This document shows, in pieces, positions 53,507 through 64,000 of a stretch of 64,000 nucleotides of DNA. The DNA is from Octopus vulgaris (lineage: Eukaryota): the NCBI GenBank assembly GCA_951406725.2, contig OX597828.1, forward strand, positions 72,044,001 to 72,108,000, read 5' to 3'. The position numbers were made by a program, and so were the translations under genes. The notes under the pieces are model-generated. The model saw only the letters and a list, made by a program, of their open reading frames with translations. It had not been told where the DNA came from and ran no database searches. How positions within the stretch are numbered: the first letter of the stretch is position 1; every line of letters starts with the position of its first letter.

Positions 53507-53969
53507 CCCCTTTAGCATTTAAACTGGCCATTTCCGGCCAAAATATTCTGTCTGTTTTATGTTCAGACTGTCCAGATCTAGCTTCTCACACCTACCTTAC
53601 AATATCATTCTAAAAATTAAGGTGGTCAGCTGGCAGAAATGTTAGCATGCCAGGCGAAATGCTCAGTGGTATTTTGGCTGAGTTCGAATTCCGCCGAGGT
53701 CGACTTTGCCTTTTATCCTTTCGGGGTCGATTAAATAAGTACCAGTTATGCACTGGGGTCGATGTAATCGACTTAATTCCTTTGTCTGTCCTTGTTTGTC
53801 CCCCCTATGTTTAGTCTCCCTGTGGGCAATAAAGGAATAAATATCATTCTAAAAATTAACAGTTACCACATCAGAATCTCAGAGCTACAAGAAAATGCCC
53901 AATTAATTAAAAACAATAAACATGAACAAGCCTTGCATTTGACAGAATAATGTGAATGCTAAAGGGTTA
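53507..53969. mobile_element. piggyBac-like MITE containing a family-B SINE
   Basis: Termini ccctttagcatt / aatgctaaaggg; SINE 53621-53839 is flanked by the 20-bp TSD aatatcattctaaaaattaa. Confidence 0.8.
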
Positions 53970-54129
53970 CAGCTAGTTTTGTTTGTTTGTGTTTTAGGGA
54001 CCACCAGTACTACAGAGCTTTGTACCCTGTTAAAGGCCCTCTCCAGGTTTACAAATAGGTACAGAAGCTTGTTCTTTCACAAATGGCTTCTCCTTCTAGA
54101 ATTGTTTAACTAGAAGCACGCTTCAGTGA

Positions 54130-57100
54130 CACTTGATACAAACCTAAACCATATTTGATATCAGCTAATTACCTTCCTAATTAGTTACGCTTTAACTATT
54201 TCTCTTACCTTCATGACTTGCTCCATCAATTTGATACCTCCCGATTCTTTCTAGAGTATTTTCTTCTGCATTTGTAGCAGTTGATGCTGATACTGTTACC
54301 CCTGTCAGGGGACATGACCCCTCCCTCTTCTTCTACTGGGCTTCGACCATGTGAGACGCTAGCACCTCTCCTACATCACTGGATATTTTCACTATCTCCA
54401 ACACTGATCCTGGTGATCCTGCTGCTTTTCGTCATCATCATCATTTAACACCCATTTCCTAGACTGGCATCTGCTGGATGGTTTGATAGGATCTTGCAAG
54501 CCAGAGGACTGTGTCAAGTGCTGTTGTTGACATAGTTTCCTTGACTGAATGTCCTTTCCTGCCTTCATATTTATAATTGTCAAAAATTTAGTTAGGTTTT
54601 TTTTTTTTAGTCTGAGTATTTTATTTGCCATTTATTGTTCACAGTTCGTTGTCAGCATCTCTCAAGAATCTTCCTCTTGATGTTGAAACTTGTAATTTAT
54701 CTTTCCAAAATTCCTCCTCTCTGTATTTCTGAAGGGAGAAATGTCATTGAAGTATCGTTGTTTAAACCTACCTTCTATCATACCTATATAATGAAGTGTA
54801 TTGAGAGAAAGGATTGAGTAATGCCATAATTATAGAAGAAGGATGGAGGAATGGGTCTTGGAAAATGAATTGCTGGGAAGGTTTGACTGGATCGAGTTTT
54901 CTCAAGCACAGCGCATCTTGGTCCTTTCTCATCTCCTCTATCAGGCTCAACATTTTGAGTTCAGTTTTCACTACTTCGTCCCACATCTTGCATCTTCCTC
55001 TTCTACAGGTTCCGTCTACGTCTTGCAATCGGGTACGTCTTTATGCATCCATTCTCATTCATCTGCATCACATGACTAAACCATTGCACACCACATTTGA
55101 TGCTTCTTATACCTAATTTTTTTTTTTCAACACATTTGAATTTTGCTGTACATGGATGTTGGTTTTGCATGTTCTCTGCATTCACAGTTCATGCTTCACT
55201 AACATGTTGCATTATAGTTCATGCACAAGCCTTTTACAGTCTGCCTTTCACTCTAAGAGAGAGAGAGAGACCTTTTGTTATCAGCTCAGGTAATATGTAC
55301 CTGAACTTTCTCCAATCGGTTCTTATTCTAAAATCTATGCTTTCAGAACATTCCCCTGCCTCCACTGCTGCTAATTGTGTCTCCTAGATAACAGAAACTA
55401 TTCACTAAGGATCCTTCTAAGCATTCCAGAAAACCTATTTCCCATGTGTTCTTAACCTTTTCAATACCAACCTGCCTGAAACCACCTCTGGCTCTGTTAG
55501 TACAAATGTTTTGTTTTCAGAAAAAGTTCTGAATTAAAATCTTCCACCAAACACCTTAGTCACAATTTATGTTCCTAACACTAGCTTAATGATAACGAAG
55601 TTATTTTACTAAATTCTTTGTTATATTTAAAATCAATTGAAAGAAACACAGAGTATCTCAACAGAAATATGGTAACGAAAGGGGTTAATGTTTATTGCTC
55701 TTGTGACTGAATGCACATGGCTTAGTGGTAAGGCTGTTTGGTTCATGAACCTAAGGTTGTCAGTTTGATTCCTGGCAGCATGTTGTGTCCTTGAGCAAGA
55801 CACTTTATTTCACATTGCTGGCAAAAAGGTGTTATGCCTTTTGTCACATTCTGTGCTACACTGAATCTCCCTCAGAATTACATTAAGGGTACACATGTGT
55901 CTGTGGAGTGCTCAGCCACTTGCCTGTTAATTTCATGAGCTGGCTGTTCCATTGATCGAATCAACTGGGACACACATCTTCATAACTGACGGGGTGCCAG
56001 TTGTTGCTCCTGTCCATCCTCCACACTCAAAGCCTTCTTTCTCTGTTGACCTTCCCAGGATTTCACTGCATTGAGGACACTTTATGGAATTCCTACCAAC
56101 ATCTTCTCCACATATCAAACAATCCCATTCAAACTTCAAACCCTTTCATTCCAGCCCTTGCTTTCATACCTTGAATTTCATTCTAATTCTACTGTAATTT
56201 CAGCATAGAGAAGTTCCCAGGGCAACCAGTCTTAAACTCTTTTGTTATGGCATAGAGCATTACAATAAACAGGAAAGGTCAAATAACTAAGCCCTGGTGG
56301 ACTCCTACCTGAGTACTAAATTCATCACCGTACTCATTGCTAACCCTCGCCTTACTGACTGCACCCTTACCAGCCGTTTGTGTATTCCTAGCCTCTACAG
56401 TGACCTCCAGATTGTGGAGCGAGGGAATCCCGTCAGAGGCTTTCTCCATGTCGATACAGGCCAACTACAATAGCTTACTTTTGGCTAAATACTTGTGCAG
56501 TTGCTTTACTATAGAGTATCGGTTGTACTTCTCTCTGGCACAAAACCAAACTGCATCTCATCTCGGCCGACTCTCTTCTTAATTAATTCAGCCATAACTC
56601 TTTCAGCAATTTACATAACCTGTTCCAGCAATTGGATGCCTCTCTAATTACTTCTCTTTAAGACATCTCCTTTACCTTTCTAAACAGTTGGCTATAATGC
56701 TGCTGCACCAGTTGTTCGATTTGTTACCGTTCTGTGCAATTCGACGAACTATATAAGGGTGTCTGGGCTGTATTCCACTGCACCAAGCACTTTAAACATC
56801 TTAGCGGTAATTCCTGATGAACCAGGGGCTTTTCTTGTTTTCATATCCTTCATTGCCTTGTCTATAATATTGCCGCCAACTTAAATGGCTGGTTTCTCTG
56901 TCAGGTCCAAATTAGGAAAACTTCTTCGATGCATTTTTCACATTTAGCAGCCTTTCATAATAACACTTCCATGCTTGTTTTTTTTCGCAAGTTTATCATC
57001 ATTCACCCAAACACACTTCTTTCCTACCACACCTTCATCCAAAACACCTCATACCTCTGGTCCTATGTAGAACATTAGCAAACCCCTTCTCCTCTTGCTG

Positions 57101-58200
57101 GATAGACCTATCACCTAACTTCTTTCCAAGCTACCTGGGGTAGTTCTCTGCTGCCCCCATTCTTTTGATTCTTCCAAGCCTGTCTCTTTGCTTTTATGGC
57201 TCTCTTTCCCTGTTCTGCCCCCATATCACCCTTGCTTGGGCTGCAGCTTTGCGCCAGCCACAGATTTGGTCTGTAGCCCTCAGTAAGCTGTCTTGTAAGA
57301 ACTTGCAACTGTCCTGTATATTATACATCTCTAACTCTTCTTCCTTCTCATCAGATGCTTCAATTGAAATATCCCTAAATATCTGATTGCTCAATGGGTC
57401 TTTGAGTTTCCATACCCTCCTTTTCCAAACATGTTTGTATCTCTGAGTCCTTTTGGATCTAAGTCTGAAGTCACTAACAACCAAACTTATGTTAGATTGT
57501 ACACCTTTCCCTTGGAAAGGAGTTTGCACTCCCAAGCATCTACCTTCCCCATTTTCTTATAAGAATTCAGTCAATCTGGCTTAAGTGCCCCCCTCCCAGG
57601 TTGATAGATAATTAAGTAGCTGGCAGGTTCTCTGAAGTTCGTGTTGTGGATCAACAAGCTAATGGCATCAGAGAACTCTAGCAGCCTCGTTCCCTCCTCA
57701 TTTTTAGAACCAAAGATTTAACCTGCCTGTATGATTACAGGTAAGTTCACCACCATCCGTTCACTGCAAGGAATGTTTTCTGAGAACATGTGTCCATAGT
57801 ATCTCATTATTAGTAGTTAAAAACTTATTTTATTGAAAGAAAAAACAAAAATGATGAATTGATGAGAGTGAAATTTTGCCTGCAGTGAATTGACGATGGT
57901 GAACTTACTGGACATGTGAATGTACCCCATGACATTCATTGGAGTTCTACCCAACATTTCCATTGAAGTTACCATCCACGATAATAGGGTGATTGTCATC
58001 TCTCGTCAGGGTTGTGTGCAGAAGGCCTGCCCCACAGAAACGGTCCTTCTGTTCATCTGCCAACCCAGCTTGTAAAACCTTTACTGACATAAATGTTATT
58101 GTGATGGAACCAAACAACCATTCTCAGCTCAACAACCATGTTGCAGACACTCGTGACTGTCTCAATCATTCAATCCAAGAATATGCCGACACCTGTTGCA
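54130..58200 (-). mobile_element. Fragmented RTE-clade LINE(s): APE endonuclease and RT remnants
   Basis: Minus-strand peptide remnants GIKLMEQVMKV, ACIDMEKA, EFSTQVGVHQG, RRVWKLKDP, LVVSDFR, LRVKGRL; many stops; interrupted by a MITE and a SINE. Confidence 0.85.
55456..55684. mobile_element. piggyBac-like MITE (second family)
   Basis: TTAA at 55452-55455 and 55685-55688; imperfect TIRs ccttttcaatacca / tggtaacgaaaggg. Confidence 0.65.
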
Positions 58201-59377
58201 ATTAGCGGTTTTCTAGTTGCTTAATCAAGAAGAAAACCACCTGTTATTGAATAGCATTGTAGGTGGTTGAGTATCCCACTGACAATTACACCTTTAATGT
58301 AACCCTCAGGCAGAATGAATGTGACAAGTCAACCAGATCCTTGAACTAAGGGCTCTGTCCATTTTGGGAGTTTCCACTTATGTTGTTCCTTTTGCAAGGT
58401 TTGTATTAATCCATTGAAGTAATTGAAGACAAATCAAACTCAGGATCTCATCCTTCATCATCATCATCATCATCGTTTAACGTCCGCTTTCCATGCTGGC
58501 ATGGGTTGGACGGTTCGACCGGGGTCTGGGAAGCCAGGAGGCTGCACCAGACCCCAATGTGATCTGGCAGTGTTTCTACAGCTGGATGCCCTTCTTAACA
58601 TTAACCACTCCGTGAGTGTAGTGGGTGCTTTTTAGGTGCCACCGGCACAGGGGCCAGGCGAGGCTGAATTCTTTTCATGCAATCATCGTCATCATCATCA
58701 TGTTAACGTCCCCCTTTTCCATGCTGAAACGGCTCAGATGAGGGCTGTTGAGGCAGATTTTCTATGGCTGGATGCTCTTCCTCTTGCCAACCCTTACCTT
58801 TTCCCCAAACAAAATAACCACTGGTATGAATGGTGAAGCACTTGTTTACAATGAATGTAGGACCTGCATGTATACACTCTCACACATACTCATACATATA
58901 TATACACACAACAGGCTTCTTTCTGTTTCCATCTACTGAATCCACTGAAGGGGTTTGCTCAGCTTGGGGCTGCAGGAGAAAACACTTGTTCAAGGTAACC
59001 CTGCAATGGGAGTAAACTCAGACCACAGGGATGCAGAGCAAACTTGCATATAAAACATGTCTACATGATGGCTGTCTACTCAGCACAGATTAGCACAGAC
59101 CCTTCTGTGCAAGTGTTTTCAGTTGAGTATGGCTTGCACAACCCCACAACGACACTCATTAGCCAAGGAACCCAGAGATAAACAAAGTGCAAGATATCCA
59201 GCTCCGTAGAGCAGTGGTTTTTATATACAAGTTAGCCTTCTAGAGGGATGTCATGACAAAGACTAGGGGCCCTTCAGACACCAACCCAAGTATTTCTACA
59301 TCCTGGTGCTCATATACATACATACTGTGACACTCTTATAATCCCAGGGTGCAACTGCATATGTAGACTGTGTCGTG

Positions 59378-59995
59378 ATTAGCAACTGTCCTAAAATGTC
59401 ATCATGGAACTACCTCCCTATGCGGCACGATGTTGTCGATAAAACAATTTACAATGCCATCCGCAAAAAAAGACTGTCCTGAAATAAACTTAGAAAATCC
59501 TTCTGTTATGGAATACATTCATAAACACCAACTCAAGAAGGAATACTGGTGGAATATTCCCATCAAAACTTCTGTCAAATGTAAACATAGCAGGCTGGAT
59601 ATTGCTGTTTGGGACTCAGGGGCAAAGGTATGTACCATCATAGAGGTCAGCTGCTCTGCAGATATAAATATCTCTTTGAAAATCAAAGAAAAAGAGGATA
59701 TTTAATGGACAACTGCTTCGAAACCTCCAGCTTCTATATCCAGTCTATGAATTCATATTCATACCAATAATAATTGGAGCACTAGACTTTGTTAGTAAAT
59801 GCTTAAAGGAGAATCTGACTGGCTGATCCGTACATTACAAGTGCAAATTGTGAATGGAACAGTAAAAATATGTAAGACTTTTCTCAAGTTCCAAAAGAGA
59901 ATTTGCCTGTGTTAACTACATCCCAATGATGGAGCCTTTGTATCTTTGTTGGAAACCGGCTCCATCCTCAGTGGAATAGTTATAATAATTAAAAA
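59378..59995 (+). mobile_element. R4/Dong-like non-LTR element 3' remnant (restriction-like endonuclease)
   Basis: CPKMSSWNYLPMRHDVV, frameshift, KHSRLDIAVWD..CTIIEVSC..KIKEKE, then FIPIIIGALD; A/TAA-rich end. Confidence 0.75.
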
Positions 59996-61343
59996 ATAGA
60001 AGACACACACACACACACATTATATTGTATAAACGTTAAAAAATATTTGTCTTCATCCTGTTGGGATTGATAAACTAAAAGCACCAGTCAAATACTGTGG
60101 GGGGAATAGAATTAGTCAACACCTTTCTCTTCAAATTGTTGATTCTGTGCCTTAATCAAAATCCATTATTTTGAAGCTAGTTTACAAATAAGAAGGAACC
60201 ATTTATTGCTGGTGGGGGTGATTCGGTTATGAGAGTGGACCCAGATTTATTGTAAATTCATGAAGGCTGGGACTCAAAAAGTTTTATCTGCAAACTCAGC
60301 CATACTGGATAAATATGTTGATGGGTGCAAGTGGGGCTGCATGGTTAAGAAACTTGCTTCAGGTTCGGTGCAGGAAGGACTTACTGCTATAAAAAACATT
60401 ACTGCAAATAAATCCATGTGCAACCCATGCTAGCATGGAAAAATGGATGAATATCATTTTTTTTTATAATTCGTTATTGAACTGACAAAGAAGCCTTCAT
60501 ATGATCACTCACTCTGCTAGGAATAGCAGTCAAAGCTCTCTGCCGTGAGAAGAAAAAGGAAGGACCCATTCATCATAGGTCTGCAGGACTGAGGATGTCC
60601 TACAGGTTAAACAACAACAACAAGTACAGTGGTTTATTATTATCATTATTATTCAATACCACTTGAACACTGGGGCCAAAGTAATCGATTTACTCCCTCC
60701 CCCGAAATTGCTGGCCTTGTGCCAAAATTTGAAACCAATATCAGTGATTGATTTGCACTCGCAGACTGCCCAGTCAAGACAAATGGAGTAGTGACAGCGC
60801 TAAGCAATGTTGAAAGAATTTTTTTCTCTATGGTAAAATGCAGAGATTTTTGCTTTTGAAAATTGAAAACCTGTCGGAAACCTGTTTGAACAAACCCTAA
60901 AGTTTTTTAACCTCTCAGCACTGCTTGGCCCCTCCCCTATTTATATTTGTTCAAATTTCTTTCTAGAAATATGCCATATACCGTCGAGCATAAAGTGCCA
61001 TAGTTTAGCCCCTGGTCGTTCCTGGTCAAGCAGGCTTAAGACTAAAAAGAGTCCAACTTTGACCATCACATTTGTTTTACATTCAGTTTTTTTTTCTTTT
61101 TTGTTTTTCCTTGCTTGCATGGCTTGATTGAAGAAATACGTTACCTGAGGCATTGTTTTGTATACTAATGGATGCCCCGTCTGATGCCAACTGTTATCTA
61201 CTTTTCACTTAAAGGATCACTTATTCCATGTATCTTCAAAAGCATGAAACACCTGAACAGTTTTTTTGACTGGAGAAACTGACAACAACATTATGTACCA
61301 TACTTTCATACAAGTAATTACATCTGTAAACACACACACACAT

Positions 61344-61385
<42 letters not shown>

Positions 61386-61932
61386 CATCATCATCATCAT
61401 CATCGTTTAACGTCCGTTTTCCATGCCAGCATAGGTTGGACGGTTCAACCGGGGTCTTGGAAGCCAGGAGGCTGCACCAGGCCCCAGTCTAATCCGGCAG
61501 TATTTCTACAGCTGGATGCCCTTCCTAACGCCAACCACTTCGAGAGAGTGTAGTGGGTGCTTTTTACATGCTACTGTCACAGATGCCAGGGGAGGCTGGC
61601 AATGGCCACGATCTGTTGGTGCTTTTTATGTGCCACCAGCACGGAAGCCAGTCAAGGCAGCGCTGGCATCAGCCACGTTCGGATATATGTATGTGTGTGT
61701 GTGTGTATGTGTATATACACATCTATATATGCATGTGTGTGTGTTTATGTATGTATGAGTAGAAGGACAGCCGACAACTGATGAAGGGTCGTTCTTTTTG
61801 TTACTTGTCCTGTTTTCCATTTGTTTCTCTTGTTTGCGTATTGAACTCATTTGTTTTCGTAATTCATGTTGTTTACTGTCAGTGACGTTCTGTACCCAAT
61901 AAATTTTTTTAGTTCGTAATGGTAAGTGGTTT

Positions 61933-61985
61933 GTGCCTGAAGAATATGTTTGAGTTTTCTCAGCATATGAAACTATTAGTAGCGC
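61933..61985 (+). ncRNA. Type I hammerhead-like motif
   Basis: gtgc CTGAAGA atatgtttgag tttt ctcagcatat GAA ACTA T TAGT A gcgc: all three stems form; GUA triplet. Confidence 0.7.
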
Positions 61986-62379
61986 TTTAATACATGTTTT
62001 GTGACCTTTAAATAAATAATAAAAAGCACCCACTACACTCTTGGCGTGGTTGGCGTTAGGAAGGGCATCAAGCTGTGGAAACACTGCCAGATCAGACTGG
62101 AGCCTGGTTCGCCAGACCTCAGTCAAATCGTCCAACCCATGCCAGTATGGAAGGCGGACGTTAAATGATGATGATGATGATGATATATATACACACATAC
62201 ATACAATGGTCTTTCCCTTTTTGTTACTGAATCTACATACAAAGCTTGGGGTTATAGTAGAAAACTTGACCAAGGTACCACACAACGAGGCTGAACTTAA
62301 AGCCCCATGGTTGGGAGGTAAACGTGTCAACCACTGAGCCACGTATATCTAGGACTACATTTATTGAAAACTGTTGTTG

Positions 62380-63250
62380 CACTTACCATCAGCAAAGCAT
62401 TTGCTTGTCTGGTACTGCCTACCTATTGGCACCTTCCATACCTTGTCTGTCATTTGCTTGCTTCTATACACCAAGCCATCTACTGACCACCACCTCCAAC
62501 AACACCTATACAGATGATTCCACCCTTCCTTCCTTCCTAACATTTCCACAATCTGCATGCTATTCACATGTAGCATGGGGGGAGGGCCATCCCAACTGCA
62601 TTATAGGACCCCCCAGGCAAAGCTATACACTAGGGTCTTTAGTAAATATTTACCGAGAGCAAGTCATGCCATTCACAGATTGAGATGGCACCCATAAGCC
62701 TGTGGGTAGTCGGGGTAACAGGCTGGTGGGAAAGTTTCATAAAGGGTAAGTACCTGTTGGGGAAGAGGGGTTTGAAATATTTCCTGACCCTGGGGAAGAC
62801 AATCAGTCTTTGTGATGTGCTTGTTGAGAATGTGGGATCACCAGGAGAGATCTTCAGTGTAGGTGGACCCTAACATGTGTAGAGACCTTTGAAGGTCCTA
62901 ATTTTTTGTGCTGTTTATGTTTAACCATTTAGCATTCAACATTGGTCAGTCCACACTATTCTGTAAGGAGCACAGGGCCAGTTTCTTACAAATATTGTAG
63001 ACTGCATTCACAAAGAGGCTCACCTTTGTCTCACAAATGTGCTGTGTCCTCTCCCTCTCTGTTTTCTACCACTACTCAGTGGCTGTGGCTCATTACAACT
63101 TGCAAGTTTTCTACCCCTTCCACTCAGCACTGTACTCAGCCAAATATCCTCCACTCTCACTAAACAATTACCCAGTCCTTTCAACCCAAAATTCTGGAAT
63201 TCCTTCTTGACTGATATTTTCCCTTCAGCTACAAACTTGCAACTTGCAAG
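62380..63250 (+). mobile_element. Highly decayed CR1/Jockey-group LINE remnants
   Basis: LLTTTSNNTYTDDSTL (YADD-like) and LSHKCAVSS..FWNSFLTDIFP. Confidence 0.5.
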
Positions 63251-64000
63251 AATAACAACGTTGGTCTCACTTGTCCTTGAAGGCTTGCAAACATCTTCAC
63301 GGGTTTTGAAAACCTGTGAAGATCTTAGTGTCCTTGAAGACCCGTGCAAGTCTCAGTGGTCTTGAAGGCCTGTAGTGGTTGCACTGGTTTTCAAAGTCTT
63401 CTAAAGGTCATAGGTGCACCCCCTTTTTTCCAGACTAATAAAAAAAGAAAAAGAAAAGCAACCAGTTGGTTTTGACAGAAATGTTGAAGTAAAGGATGAA
63501 GCGTATTAGGGTGTGGAGTCTGAATCTTTGGGAATCTGAGATCAAATTCCATGCTACCAAATGTACCATTTCTATCCGTGTATGGTTAGTAAAACAAGCA
63601 CCATTAATATACTTGTTAGATTCAGTTCCTCACTACAGAGATTTTGTTTCGTTTTTGACAAGGAAAAGATTCTTTGCATTTTCTCTAAAGAACTCAACTG
63701 ATTTTGTCCAACTGATCCTTCTCTCCAGGAATATAAGCAAGCTAAATGAAGTGAATTTGTTGAAACCATTCCACAGTCTAAACCCAGCATGGACAAATAG
63801 TTTTGAGAAGTGGGCTGCATGAGACATCACTCATCATTGCGAGAGGGCATACTACTAAAATGCTGTGGTCATTTTTCGGTAGGCGCCATTCAGAAAGTCT
63901 GGGAGGCAGCAATTTGGCCATGGCTACTCTAGAATCGTTTGCTGTTTCCTTAAAAAACTGGACTTGTATCCAACTAAAAACCACAAAAACCTGACATCAA

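Overview
This is eukaryotic, repeat-dominated animal DNA. The mix of (TA)n/(CATA)n/(CAT)n microsatellites, several tRNA-derived SINE families and RTE LINE tails strongly resembles an octopus (coleoid cephalopod) genome; this is an inference. Almost all listed ORFs are microsatellite artefacts. The one convincing gene is at 48205-49893 (+): an intact ~562-aa ORF with a Crypton tyrosine-recombinase-derived DUF3504-like domain that lacks the C-terminal catalytic residues, i.e. probably a domesticated KIAA1958/ZMYM/QRICH1-like nuclear protein. Decayed mobile elements include Tc1, a maT/rosa-like mariner, mariner- and piggyBac-type MITEs, and RTE, CR1-like and R4/Dong-like LINEs. The most striking unannotated signal is about 15 type I hammerhead-ribozyme-like motifs from about 8 unrelated short repeat families, nearly all in or next to (TA)n tracts. 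They include a textbook-intact copy (41455-41548, -), a G3-C8 core-swap variant (22175-22225), copies with branched stem-II insertions, and copies inside long head-to-head palindromes. This pattern fits non-autonomous Penelope-like/retrozyme elements. All structures were read by eye; none has been folded computationally, searched against databases or tested.
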